A program made the position numbers and the translations under genes. A stretch of DNA of 49,233 nt from a virus (taxonomy: Duplodnaviria > Caudoviricetes). The notes beneath the pieces were generated by a model. The model was not told where the DNA came from. It saw only the letters and a program-made list of their open reading frames with translations, and ran no database searches. The stretch's first letter is position 1; the number at the start of each line of letters is the position of its first letter. The stretch lies in the IMG/VR virus record IMGVR_UViG_3300024051_000005, positions 1 through 49,233 of that record; one strand, given 5' to 3'. Below are positions 17,945 to 27,294 of this stretch, piece by piece.

Positions 17945-19828
17945 ATGTCAGCGATTCAAAGTCCATTTTTTAATATCAACTATGGCTGGGCATTTGGTGA
18001 AGACGGTTGGAATAGTGGAATGGACACTAATCTACAAGTTCTGTCCTTTCTAGATGCCGGGTCTGTAAACGATATCGTGGCATCCCTTCCGCTCTCTCCT
18101 GTCAATGGTTATTCTTGTATTCTAACTACAGATAATTTATTCTATGTAAGAATACAAGGTGCATGGTTATTCGTAGCACCAAGCTCAGGCATGGAAGTGA
18201 CGGAAATAACAACTAGCAAGAAGTTTAGTTTTAATGGCAGTACATGGAATGAAATTCCAACAACAACCTCTCTCTCTTCGAGAGTAGGCAATGTTGAGTC
18301 AGATTTTGCTGATTTAGCAGACTCTTCTGATCCATTAAAGGGTTCATCTCTTGTTGGTCATGATGGTCGCACAGTAAGATTGGCTTTACAGGATGGTGCT
18401 CTTACCGAATATGATTTTTCCACTATTCAAGCCGCTATTACAGGGGTTGGACAGCTTGATAGACCCCTAACCTTTGGTGGTCGCACTGTAGTGGCACCAA
18501 GTGTTCCAACAAACACTTATGGTGTTAGATTCAGAGACGGTAAATTACTTGTTCCATCTTCCATCAGCGGTTTTAATACACAATATAACACCTACGCTGA
18601 TAACATCAATGGTTTAATGGTGGGAAGGGAAAACTTAAATGTTTTCTGGAAAGCTTGTACAGCAGGAACTCTAGGAAATATTTATATTTATGGGGACTCG
18701 ACTGTAGAAAACAGTGTGGCCTATCCTCTTAAATCTGCTGATCTATTTCAAAGGGCACTATATGCAGCAGGCGTGAACGGAGTTACGACTGTAAATAGGG
18801 GTGTTTCAGGAACATCGTGGAGCGATCTTAATACCGGCTCAGATTTAAGCGCTACTACTAAATTGATTGTAATCAAATATGGCATCAACGATGCTGTGAA
18901 GACCAATGCATTACAAACATTTGCAGCTGATGCTCGTTCTAAATTAACAGCAATTCGTGCTAATGCTAATGGTGGTGTAACCAATCTCTCCATCCTGTTA
19001 ATGGGTCCAAATTCCACTTTCAGACCAAGCCAAGGTCAAGATGCTAAATGGTATGAAAGTTTACGTAATATTTACACTCAGCTTTGTAAAGAATTTAATT
19101 GTGCCTATTTCGACACATATGCTTATCTCCAAGATACAAAGAAAGCACCCGGTGTATGGCTAGATAATATTTCAGGTTCTGGAGAAGGGCTGCATCCTGA
19201 TCAGGTGGCTGTTTATTGGATTTGGTATGAGGGAATTAAAACTTTTGTTCTGGGGGACGGACAATGGAATATTCAGAAATCCAATCAATTCTGGAACTTG
19301 TCAAATAATACCAGAGTAGCAACTTTTGCTCGTACTCCTGATGCATATGACTATGGCTTGCTAGTAGAAGTGGCCAATACGGCTAATGGTTTCCCATTTA
19401 ATGGAATCCTCACTACATTTAAACATGCAGATGGCATCACATCTCAAAGGCTTTGCTCACAAGATGTAGTTCCAAGAACAGCAGAAAGACGTGGTGGTGG
19501 TACAACTTGGACACAATTTAGTGGAATACCTACAGCAATTACACCTTTGAATAGTTGGGCCAACAAGGGTGGTGGCTATGCTTCTGCTGGATATCAAATA
19601 GGTTCTGATGGCTTTGTTGATTTGTTTGGTGTACTAGCAGGTGGAGCAGCATCTTCTACTGCTTTTCAACTACCAACTAATGCAAGACCAGTGAATGCAC
19701 ATGAGTTCCGATTGGCTAGCACAGGAACTGCAACCCTGTTCGCAGATGGTAATTTCATTGTAACAGGCGCAACTACAACACTATTAAGTTTGGATGGAAT
19801 CCGATTCCGAGCACTGGCAGCGTTTTAA
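17945..19828 (+). CDS. Tailspike/receptor-binding protein with SGNH (GDSL) esterase domain
   Basis: N-terminal virion anchor (YGW..GEDGW..GMD.NL); SGNH blocks GDST, NRGVSG, GIND, GLHPD. Confidence 0.8.
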   Translation: MSAIQSPFFNINYGWAFGEDGWNSGMDTNLQVLSFLDAGSVNDIVASLPLSPVNGYSCILTTDNLFYVRIQGAWLFVAPSSGMEVTEITTSKKFSFNGSTWNEIPTTTSLSSRVGNVESDFADLADSSDPLKGSSLVGHDGRTVRLALQDGALTEYDFSTIQAAITGVGQLDRPLTFGGRTVVAPSVPTNTYGVRFRDGKLLVPSSISGFNTQYNTYADNINGLMVGRENLNVFWKACTAGTLGNIYIYGDSTVENSVAYPLKSADLFQRALYAAGVNGVTTVNRGVSGTSWSDLNTGSDLSATTKLIVIKYGINDAVKTNALQTFAADARSKLTAIRANANGGVTNLSILLMGPNSTFRPSQGQDAKWYESLRNIYTQLCKEFNCAYFDTYAYLQDTKKAPGVWLDNISGSGEGLHPDQVAVYWIWYEGIKTFVLGDGQWNIQKSNQFWNLSNNTRVATFARTPDAYDYGLLVEVANTANGFPFNGILTTFKHADGITSQRLCSQDVVPRTAERRGGGTTWTQFSGIPTAITPLNSWANKGGGYASAGYQIGSDGFVDLFGVLAGGAASSTAFQLPTNARPVNAHEFRLASTGTATLFADGNFIVTGATTTLLSLDGIRFRALAAF

Positions 19829-19829
19829 T

Positions 19830-20396
19830 ATGAAATCACTACGTTCAAAATTAATTGCTGCCTTTTTAGCAATGGGGCTTGGTGCCCCATCTGCTTATTT
19901 CGCCTTAGACATTACCCTTCCAAGTGAGGGTTTGGTTCTTTCTCCTTATCCTGATCCTGTAGGGTTGAATACGTTTTGTGTGGGTCACTTAGCAACCAAA
20001 AAAGATAAAATTAAAGACAAATATTCTGAAGAAGAGTGCATGGTTCTTTTTGCTAAAGACTTTAAACAACATCAAGAAGAAACTGATAAGATGGTTGGTG
20101 GTAAAGACAAGTTTGCTTCTGAATGGCAAAGAGCTGCTGCTACAGATATGGTGTTTAATAATGGTCCATCTCTGATTGAGAAATCTACATTCGTCTCTCT
20201 AATTAAACAACAAAAGCATACGCAAGCTTGTAACCAGCTAATTCGTTGGATTTATGCAAAAGGGAAAGTTCTTAAAGGACTAAAGACAAGACGCGAAAAG
20301 ACAATGCCTTATTGTCTTGGAAAGCTTTCTTATGAAAAGCAATTAGACTATGAGAAATTCTTGAAGGAGTGGAATGATGCCAAAGCTAATAGGTAA
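19830..20396 (+). CDS. SAR endolysin (GH24 lysozyme)
   Basis: ATG 19830; Gly/Ala-rich hydrophobic N-terminus then E-x8-D-x5-T triad (EGLVLSPYPDPVGLNT); GLKTRRE. Confidence 0.85.
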   Translation: MKSLRSKLIAAFLAMGLGAPSAYFALDITLPSEGLVLSPYPDPVGLNTFCVGHLATKKDKIKDKYSEEECMVLFAKDFKQHQEETDKMVGGKDKFASEWQRAAATDMVFNNGPSLIEKSTFVSLIKQQKHTQACNQLIRWIYAKGKVLKGLKTRREKTMPYCLGKLSYEKQLDYEKFLKEWNDAKANR

Positions 20397-20604
20397 TTGG
20401 AAGAAACATCTTCTAAGTTATTCTGCTATTTCTCTTTTTGCTAATGTCTTAATTGCTGTTGCATATGGTTTAAGCTTTGCGTTTGGGGCAGGAATTGTTT
20501 ATTTAAGTCCTTTTTGGATTGTCGTTGTCATGGGGACAATTGCAGTGATGGGAGCAGTTGGTAAATTCATTAAACAATTTGATGAGGATGAGAAGAGTGA
20601 CTAA
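20374..20604 (+). CDS. Holin/pinholin
   Basis: 76 aa, two hydrophobic segments, charged C-terminus; Met-Met start; in lysis cassette. Confidence 0.65.
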   Translation: MMPKLIGNWKKHLLSYSAISLFANVLIAVAYGLSFAFGAGIVYLSPFWIVVVMGTIAVMGAVGKFIKQFDEDEKSD

Positions 20605-20998
20605 GTATATTTTAGGAGTTCTTCTTTTTCTTTGTCTTTTGTTTGGATATTTATCTTATCACTTCTATGGTGAGATTCAAACGCTAAAGAAAGACAATCA
20701 ATCTCTTGTTTCTTCTTTACAAAATTGCCAAGAAAACAAAGAAAAGGCTGAAGCCAATACAAAGCTTGTCTCTGATGGAATGTCTAATGTTCTAGAAGAA
20801 AATCAAAGAATAAGCAAAGATTTCTCTTCTCTTAAAGAAGAGCTAAAGAAAAAGAGGATTTGTAATGTTTACAAGCCCACACAAGGCAATACTGATGCTA
20901 GTGATAGTCAGTATGTTTCTGATGTTGTTAGGTTGCTCTCAGACGGGGCTAAAGCCGCAAGAAACGGTGCTAGTGACAATACCAAAGGCGCTAATTAA
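20597..20998 (+). CDS. Rz: Inner-membrane spanin (Rz-like)
   Basis: Probable GTG start 20597; N-terminal TM helix then coiled coil. Confidence 0.75.
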   Translation: MTKYILGVLLFLCLLFGYLSYHFYGEIQTLKKDNQSLVSSLQNCQENKEKAEANTKLVSDGMSNVLEENQRISKDFSSLKEELKKKRICNVYKPTQGNTDASDSQYVSDVVRLLSDGAKAARNGASDNTKGAN

Positions 20999-21164
20999 AG
21001 ATTGTGAGGTAGTTGATGCTCCACAGTCTAAAACATTAGAAGACTTGGCACAAGATACCTCAGAAGCTCTATTAGCTCAATATGAAGAAGTTGCAAAGTG
21101 TAATTCACGCCTTAAACAAGCGAGAGCTTTGCAAGAACAACAAGAGAAGCTATATGGAAAGTAA
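20895..21164 (+). CDS. Rz1: Outer-membrane spanin lipoprotein (Rz1-like)
   Basis: Overlaps Rz; signal peptide with LLGC lipobox; IPKALIKDC..CNSRL. Confidence 0.75.
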   Translation: MLVIVSMFLMLLGCSQTGLKPQETVLVTIPKALIKDCEVVDAPQSKTLEDLAQDTSEALLAQYEEVAKCNSRLKQARALQEQQEKLYGK

Positions 21165-21420
21165 AGATAATAGGATTGATCAAGCTATTAAATGGTTACT
21201 TCCGTTTTGTCTTACTCTAATTGTTGGCTATCAGCAGACACAACAACAAGAGCTTAAGCAGACACAGAAAGAACTAGAGAGCAGAGTTTTAATTCTTTAC
21301 ACTGACAAAGTTAGTAAGACAGAACTAAAAGATACAGAAGATCGTATTACTAAAAATATTGAAGCTCTTAAAAGCGATATTATTGCGAGACTGGACTTAT
21401 ATTTTAAGAAGCCTAGTTAG
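21154..21420 (+). CDS. Membrane-anchored coiled-coil protein
   Basis: Likely start MESKDN; one TM segment then coiled coil. Confidence 0.55.
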   Translation: MESKDNRIDQAIKWLLPFCLTLIVGYQQTQQQELKQTQKELESRVLILYTDKVSKTELKDTEDRITKNIEALKSDIIARLDLYFKKPS

Positions 21421-21422
21421 GA

Positions 21423-21767
21423 GTGGACATGTTTTGGAAGTTAATTGATAGGGCGGTACAACTAACATTCCTTCTCCTAGCCGTTGTTCTAGTAACAACA
21501 CTTTTGAAGAATGACAAGTATAATAATGATCTTCAGCAATACACTCTAAGACTTGAACAACTCAGTACAGAGTTTAGGCGTGTGATGGATCATAATGTTC
21601 TTTATTTAGAAGAGAAATCTAATAGAGTTCAATCGCAATCTGATAGCTATCAAGTAAGTACAACAAGAAGACTTGATGTGTTAGAAGAGAGAGTACAACG
21701 TTTAGTTAAAGATCAGAAAGAAAAAGTTAGCAATATTAATGTAAACACAAATACAATTAATAAATAA
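21423..21767 (+). CDS. Membrane-anchored coiled-coil protein
   Basis: N-terminal TM then heptad-rich region. Confidence 0.55.
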   Translation: MDMFWKLIDRAVQLTFLLLAVVLVTTLLKNDKYNNDLQQYTLRLEQLSTEFRRVMDHNVLYLEEKSNRVQSQSDSYQVSTTRRLDVLEERVQRLVKDQKEKVSNINVNTNTINK

Positions 21768-21826
21768 GAACAATAAAAAGAGCGTAAGCCATACGCCTCC
21801 TCTGTGTATCCATTGGATACAATTAT

Positions 21827-21861
21827 GCCCCGGCTCCAAAGGAGTACCGGGGCTTTCTTTT
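21827..21861 (+). terminator. Terminator at convergence of the two arms
   Basis: GCCCCGG-ctccaaaggagta-CCGGGGC followed by TTTCTTTT. Confidence 0.8.
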
Positions 21862-21866
21862 GTCTA

Positions 21867-22106
21867 TTATTTATATTTTAGTGGATCGTCTGGTACATGG
21901 AAGACTGCTAATTCAAAATCACTTGAAGCGTATTTATCAAAAAGTCTATTCATATTTCTAGCAAGCTCTTTCATATCTTCATCTTCCATGCAAAGACTGT
22001 TGTTTGCCGCAATTGCTAAAAGATCAGCAATTATATCAACTTCTTCCTGACTCTCCAGAGTGATTACAACAGGTTCGAATTCTGCTTCCTTTTGTTCTAC
22101 TTTCAT
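21867..22106 (-). CDS. Hypothetical protein (paralogue of neighbour)
   Basis: EFEPVVITLESQEEVD. Confidence 0.6.
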   Translation of the reverse strand: MKVEQKEAEFEPVVITLESQEEVDIIADLLAIAANNSLCMEDEDMKELARNMNRLFDKYASSDFELAVFHVPDDPLKYK

Positions 22107-22107
22107 A

Positions 22108-22332
22108 TTAGTTTCCTTTTACAATATAGGCACTACTTTCACTGGATAGAGTGTATGCTTGTCGATTAGCAGCACATTCTTCATAGAGATAATTATACAG
22201 AACTCGATTCAAATCTTGATCAATATCAAAGTCAGTGAAGTTTACCATTGCAAATAGTTGATCTACCTCATCTTGTGATTCTAGTGTAATAACTACTGGT
22301 GTAAATTCAGGGGCTTGTTTTACTAGTTTCAT
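22108..22332 (-). CDS. Hypothetical protein (paralogue)
   Basis: Start MKLVKQ with GAGGAG RBS; EFTPVVITLESQDEVD. Confidence 0.6.
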   Translation of the reverse strand: MKLVKQAPEFTPVVITLESQDEVDQLFAMVNFTDFDIDQDLNRVLYNYLYEECAANRQAYTLSSESSAYIVKGN

Positions 22333-22333
22333 A

Positions 22334-22501
22334 TTAATAATCCTCCTCATACTCAGATTCAAAGCCTAGATACTTAAACACATCAACTAGTTCTTCCTTG
22401 GTTTCTTCCTGACAAAACCACACACGTTTAAGCTCATTGCCGCAATCATTTTGAATGACAATACTAAACCCATCACAAGCTTCTACAACATAAATTTTCA
22501 T
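22334..22501 (-). CDS. Small hypothetical protein (55 aa, not in ORF track)
   Basis: MKIYVVEACDG...EYEEDY* fills gap exactly. Confidence 0.55.
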   Translation of the reverse strand: MKIYVVEACDGFSIVIQNDCGNELKRVWFCQEETKEELVDVFKYLGFESEYEEDY

Positions 22502-22502
22502 A

Positions 22503-23435
22503 TTAATTCTCCAATTTAGTTAGAAATACACTACGAACAGTTTTACTTACTTCAGCTTGTAGAAGTTTGTTGAAATCTTTCCAATTGTTCTCTACAGCTT
22601 TTTTAGGATCAATATTACCATCTTTCACAAAATCTTCAAGCATATCTTGAACAGTCAGGCCAAGAATCTTACCAAAGTCTTTGTTAGTAATTTCACCAAT
22701 CTTACTAATCACGTTCAGTACGCGGTTTTCAGTGGAATAGACAAGAAGAGAATTTAGAATATCAGACTCTTCATATGAAAGCTCAAACACTTTCTTTTCT
22801 TTTGGTGTTGAATTCTTTTCACTGAAAGATGCAGTTTTATTTTTGAAATAGATTCGACTACCATTATTAAACCAAGCTGGAATTACAGGCTCAATCACAA
22901 CACCTTCTGCAATGTTTTCACCTTCAAAACCTTCAGGAGTGAGGGTTGATTGGAAAGTGTTAGCAACTTCAAGGCATTCTTTGAGACTGCCAACCTTAAG
23001 GACAGGGGCAGTTTGAATTGAGGCAAATCGTGCCCAACTAAATGCTTTAACTTTATCCTGAACTTCTCCATTAATTGCCATATCAAAAGCACGAAAATCT
23101 TTCTCACCATACTGCACTTCTTTTTGGATATTACCACCAAATAGCTCACCATAGATTACAAGAACATCACCCTCTTTACAAAGAATATGATGAGTTTCTA
23201 GAATGCCTTTCTCGTAGCGATTAATTACAGCTTGACAGTTGTAAAAAGTACCATCAACAAACTGTGAACGACTCGCTACTTTAACTTCATTACCATCACA
23301 CCAGAAGCTAAAATTAGCTCCATGAATCTTTTCAGTGACAATCCATTCACCACCATCCTTACCTTCATATTGAACCTTGTCAATCAGATTTTGACGATAA
23401 GTGTTTTCTAGACTACTAAATTTTTTAAATTCCAT
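22503..23435 (-). CDS. RNA ligase, Rnl2 family
   Basis: FKKFSSLEN, EKIHGANFS (motif I), YGELFG, AFD, EGVVIEP, FKNK. Confidence 0.9.
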   Translation of the reverse strand: MEFKKFSSLENTYRQNLIDKVQYEGKDGGEWIVTEKIHGANFSFWCDGNEVKVASRSQFVDGTFYNCQAVINRYEKGILETHHILCKEGDVLVIYGELFGGNIQKEVQYGEKDFRAFDMAINGEVQDKVKAFSWARFASIQTAPVLKVGSLKECLEVANTFQSTLTPEGFEGENIAEGVVIEPVIPAWFNNGSRIYFKNKTASFSEKNSTPKEKKVFELSYEESDILNSLLVYSTENRVLNVISKIGEITNKDFGKILGLTVQDMLEDFVKDGNIDPKKAVENNWKDFNKLLQAEVSKTVRSVFLTKLEN

Positions 23436-23445
23436 AATTATCTCC

Positions 23446-24171
23446 TTAACTCCACAGTGAATTTCTGATACGAATTAGCGCAATTAGATTGGTTTCTTCT
23501 TGCTTGTCATATTCTGCTTCAAGAGCATTTAGCTTGTCAAGAGCTTCTTTCTCTAGAGCTTTGTTTTCTTCTGTTGTATCTCCAAACAAATCATCTCCTC
23601 GCTTATCAACAGCATCAGACCATCCAGATTCTTTATAGAAGTTACGGTCTTTATTATCCAGCCACCAACGATAAATACGTTTCTGCTCCATTGCAGCTAG
23701 AGCTTGTGGAGTTGGCTTTCCATAATTCTCATCCTCTGGCTTTACACCATAAGACTCATCATAGACCAAACCAATTTCCCATTCAAGGGTTTCTAGAGAC
23801 TTCTCTTGCTCAACAAATTTAACAAGCTCATTGAAGAGACATTTAGGAATACGTCCACAAAGGTCATACCATCGGCCTACTTCAAGATCACCATCTAGAA
23901 CATGACTTTTTCCTTTCCAATTCTTATAAAATACCTTAACACTATAAAAACAATCAGAAGGGAACAGAACAATATTCTGAAGCTTGTTGAAGCCTCTGTC
24001 TGTTAGCCAATGAATGAAAGGAGCTTTGTCTTTAGACTCTTTCTTGTGTTCTTTCCATCCTTGCCAAGACAGAGCATTAGGGCTTTCTAGTCCAGCTTTC
24101 TTACGGAGCCACTTTGAGGTACGAGAAGAACTCCAGTATTGAATACGAGTTTGTTTGTGAAATTTAATCAT
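23446..24171 (-). CDS. Hypothetical Trp-rich protein
   Basis: 241 aa ORF with coupled neighbours. Confidence 0.6.
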   Translation of the reverse strand: MIKFHKQTRIQYWSSSRTSKWLRKKAGLESPNALSWQGWKEHKKESKDKAPFIHWLTDRGFNKLQNIVLFPSDCFYSVKVFYKNWKGKSHVLDGDLEVGRWYDLCGRIPKCLFNELVKFVEQEKSLETLEWEIGLVYDESYGVKPEDENYGKPTPQALAAMEQKRIYRWWLDNKDRNFYKESGWSDAVDKRGDDLFGDTTEENKALEKEALDKLNALEAEYDKQEETNLIALIRIRNSLWS

Positions 24172-24181
24172 TATGCTTCCC

Positions 24182-24406
24182 TTATTTCCAAATCATTACA
24201 TGAAGTGGAGCTTCTGCGTTATAGCCTTCACAGCAAGAGCATTTGTGAACTGCCCAAACACCAGACTTCAGAAGCGAAGAGTAGAGCTTTAGAATTTCAA
24301 ACTTCTCTTCAATATTATCATAATTGGTGGAAAATTCGCAAGTAGTGCCTTGACCACTATTCCACCAATCAGTCAGTTCTCTTACAACAGATTCAAACTC
24401 TTCCAT
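24182..24406 (-). CDS. Hypothetical protein
   Basis: 74 aa, AGGAG RBS. Confidence 0.5.
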   Translation of the reverse strand: MEEFESVVRELTDWWNSGQGTTCEFSTNYDNIEEKFEILKLYSSLLKSGVWAVHKCSCCEGYNAEAPLHVMIWK

Positions 24407-24420
24407 TATTTTCTCCTATA

Positions 24421-24457
24421 AAATAAAAATCTCCTGACAGCTTTCGCCATCAGGAGA
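24421..24457 (-). terminator. Intrinsic terminator (GAAA tetraloop)
   Basis: Minus: TCTCCTGATGGC-GAAA-GCTGTCAGGAGA then TTTTTATTT. Confidence 0.8.
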
Positions 24458-24469
24458 CAGTTTAGACAA

Positions 24470-24655
24470 TCAGATTTTCTTTGTCAAGCATTTCTTGCAC
24501 AAGCACACATCATTCATTTCCAATGCTTTAGCTTGTACTGAGAAACACCAACAAGAATTTTTTCCTAGCATAATATCACACTTTACAGCGCTATTGCATT
24601 CAGGGCATGAGTGGGTTACAGGGGCCGAAGCCCCTATTTCCTTAGCAATTTCCAT
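24470..24655 (-). CDS. Cys-rich CWC-family protein
   Basis: CPEC..C..CWC..CLCKKC; probable start MEIAKE just after the nrdJ stop. Confidence 0.65.
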   Translation of the reverse strand: MEIAKEIGASAPVTHSCPECNSAVKCDIMLGKNSCWCFSVQAKALEMNDVCLCKKCLTKKI

Positions 24656-24659
24656 GGGA

Positions 24660-26879
24660 TTAAAACTCAAGGGAACAGACCCCACCAGCACAGGCTTGGC
24701 TTCCCATAGTATCTACATCAGTATAGGTTTGTTTTGAAAGGTCTTTAGAGAAATCCACCTCTTTAAAGTCTTTCTGGATAGCCACCCACTTGTGTAGGTT
24801 AAAGCAATCTTTAAGACAGAAAGTCATCTTAAGCACATCACCTTTAAAATGGTTATCTGCAAACTTCTTAGCACGTCGTACCCAATCACGCTTCAGAAGG
24901 TCGCTAGATTGCTCAGGATCAAGTTTTAAACCATACCCTAGTGCAGTGTCACATGCCATCCAAAGATTGTCATTAAACGCATGTAGAGCCTCTACAATCA
25001 GCCCAGACGCAAACATGGAAGCTTCACCATACATCTTTAGAATTTGCTTTGCAGTGAATACTTCAGTGAACGGGGCTTGAACATAAGCACGATCACCCAT
25101 CGAACTAAGAAGTGAAATACCAGCAAACCATTCTCGATTATTGTAAATGTATTCCTCCACTTCATCCCAATCATCAACAGTGATTGTATTACTCACGTTG
25201 TGACGAAGATTCTTATCTACACATAAATCAACATCAGTACCGTATTCAACCCAATATTGTTGAGCTAGCTTCACATACTCAAGTTGCTTAACGCCAAGAA
25301 GATTGTTCTTGTAAATACTACCTTCTTTACTTTCAACTGGGAAACTAACTACAACGTCAGTGCCATTACTACTCCACACAGAAGGTTCAACCATCTTTGG
25401 ATTAGTTGTTTCAATCAGAGTTGTTACTTCGTCTTGTTTATTCATTTGAACATTACGGAAATATCGTGGTGAATGCTCACCATGAATGCCTGATGCTGTG
25501 CCAAGAATAACTGAAGCATTACCACTTGGTTTAACTGCTGTACAACGTGCTGATGGGTTGATTCCAATTAGTTTAGCAATGATTTTATTTACACGCTTAA
25601 CTTCTGTAGCTGCATCAATCATGTTCTGTTTATCAAAGAGAACGTCTGGATTATTCATCCACCCAGTGATACTCACTCCTAGTAGAGCTTCACGTTCAGT
25701 AATTCGTTTTGTAGCATCTGAGAGATATTTAAAGTTTGTATAACCAGCTTGGAGAGTACCAAGAATAGCACCAGCTTTAGCAATCCTCATTAAATCTTCT
25801 TTTGTATAAGCTTTACCACCACACCCTTCGACAAGGTTGCAAAATTGGAAACCAGACTCACCATTCTCAGCTACTGGAAGCATCCCAATTTCGACACAAG
25901 GATTATAACAGAACTCTTTATTTGCAGTAAAGATAAAACCGGGTTCACCAAAGTCTTTAACACTCTTCATGATGTTTGCCCACTCTTCACGAGTGAGTTC
26001 ATCACGAACAAGCATAGCTGAGTTATTGCTTCGACCCCGCTGAGGATTATCAACAAACCAATCACCAGTTTTAGCATTCAGCATTAGCTGATCATCTTTA
26101 TCAAAAAGACAAATTGTAGCTGAACGACGAACACCACCAGATAGAACAGCATCACTCATATGCATTACAAAGTCATAAGCAGTAATTGTGTTAATACTTA
26201 CTTCTTCATGAGTGTTTTCAACAAGAGCATCTAGAAGAGCTTCGCATTTAATCAAAGCACTACGCAAACCATCAGGACCGGGAGCTTTAAAACCACCACT
26301 AATCAAAGCACCTTTAGGGCGAATCTTGGAGAAATCAAAGTGAACTTTCCAACCTTTGTATTCTGGGAAATTACCACCATCAACAAAGTAGCTTGACAGT
26401 AGAACACCAAAAGCATCTGCCCAACCTTCAATAGTGTCTGGGACAGTGAATACTTTTACTTTCTTATCGTAACGCTTGTGTATCTTTGGTAGCTTTGCAA
26501 TGTGATGAGACTGAACAGAGAAGCCAACACCACAACCACAAAGAAGAAGATACATGCACTCTTGGAAGAAAGATGCTCGGTCACAATGGCTAACAGAACA
26601 ATTGTACATTCGGGCTTCATGTTTAAATAGTTGTTCACCACCAAATTGCAGAGCACGTTGAGCACCTAGAACAACTTTGTCTTTGTAAGCATCTTCAGCA
26701 AACTTAATGTACTCCTCTAGTTCTTCAGACATTACACCTTTATACTTTTCTCGGTGCATGTTCATAACACGTTCTACAGATTCTTCCCAAGTTTCATATC
26801 GTTGTTCTAGATCAATCCATCGAGAATATCCCATAAAATATTTTGACTGACTCATCATCTCTTTACCGCTGTTGTTCAA
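24660..26879 (-). CDS. nrdJ: Class II (adenosylcobalamin-dependent) ribonucleotide reductase
   Basis: YNC, GGVRRSA, R.RSNNS, NPCVEI, VKPSGN, C-terminal CAGGVC; no nrdB nearby. Confidence 0.88.
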   Translation of the reverse strand: MNNSGKEMMSQSKYFMGYSRWIDLEQRYETWEESVERVMNMHREKYKGVMSEELEEYIKFAEDAYKDKVVLGAQRALQFGGEQLFKHEARMYNCSVSHCDRASFFQECMYLLLCGCGVGFSVQSHHIAKLPKIHKRYDKKVKVFTVPDTIEGWADAFGVLLSSYFVDGGNFPEYKGWKVHFDFSKIRPKGALISGGFKAPGPDGLRSALIKCEALLDALVENTHEEVSINTITAYDFVMHMSDAVLSGGVRRSATICLFDKDDQLMLNAKTGDWFVDNPQRGRSNNSAMLVRDELTREEWANIMKSVKDFGEPGFIFTANKEFCYNPCVEIGMLPVAENGESGFQFCNLVEGCGGKAYTKEDLMRIAKAGAILGTLQAGYTNFKYLSDATKRITEREALLGVSITGWMNNPDVLFDKQNMIDAATEVKRVNKIIAKLIGINPSARCTAVKPSGNASVILGTASGIHGEHSPRYFRNVQMNKQDEVTTLIETTNPKMVEPSVWSSNGTDVVVSFPVESKEGSIYKNNLLGVKQLEYVKLAQQYWVEYGTDVDLCVDKNLRHNVSNTITVDDWDEVEEYIYNNREWFAGISLLSSMGDRAYVQAPFTEVFTAKQILKMYGEASMFASGLIVEALHAFNDNLWMACDTALGYGLKLDPEQSSDLLKRDWVRRAKKFADNHFKGDVLKMTFCLKDCFNLHKWVAIQKDFKEVDFSKDLSKQTYTDVDTMGSQACAGGVCSLEF

Positions 26880-26889
26880 TTAAAGCTCC

Positions 26890-27294
26890 TTAAATTTTAT
26901 TTGTTACACGATCTACTTTGCCAGTACCATGCTGGTTCATTACTTTGAGTTCATCTGCAAGAGATTTATCTTGGCAATTGTGAATAATATCTTCTGCACT
27001 CATAACACCTTTCTGAACCCATTCCCGATCAAGACGAATACAGCCATGGAAACGAATACCATCTACTACTTTATTTTGCAGATTACGATGCTTACAAGTG
27101 ATTGCTTCCCATCCATCTTTATACACATCCATACCGTTAGCATATAGATGTTTTTCAACATTCTTAATATCTTGAATGTCGAATCCTTCAATAAGCATTA
27201 GGTCAGATAGAGACAAAGTGTAGTTGAATAGGTAGTCTGTCTTGAAATTTGATGACTGCATAATTACTTTCTCAAATGGCTCTTTTTCACTCAT
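26890..27294 (-). CDS. Hypothetical protein
   Basis: Likely start MSEKEPF. Confidence 0.55.
   Translation of the reverse strand: MSEKEPFEKVIMQSSNFKTDYLFNYTLSLSDLMLIEGFDIQDIKNVEKHLYANGMDVYKDGWEAITCKHRNLQNKVVDGIRFHGCIRLDREWVQKGVMSAEDIIHNCQDKSLADELKVMNQHGTGKVDRVTNKI

Noticed and set aside
153-19017. Short antisense or overlapping ORFs in the structural arm (e.g. 803-1123, 9622-9897, 14819-15133, 18748-19017)
   Set aside because: Shadow frames of well-supported genes with no motifs.
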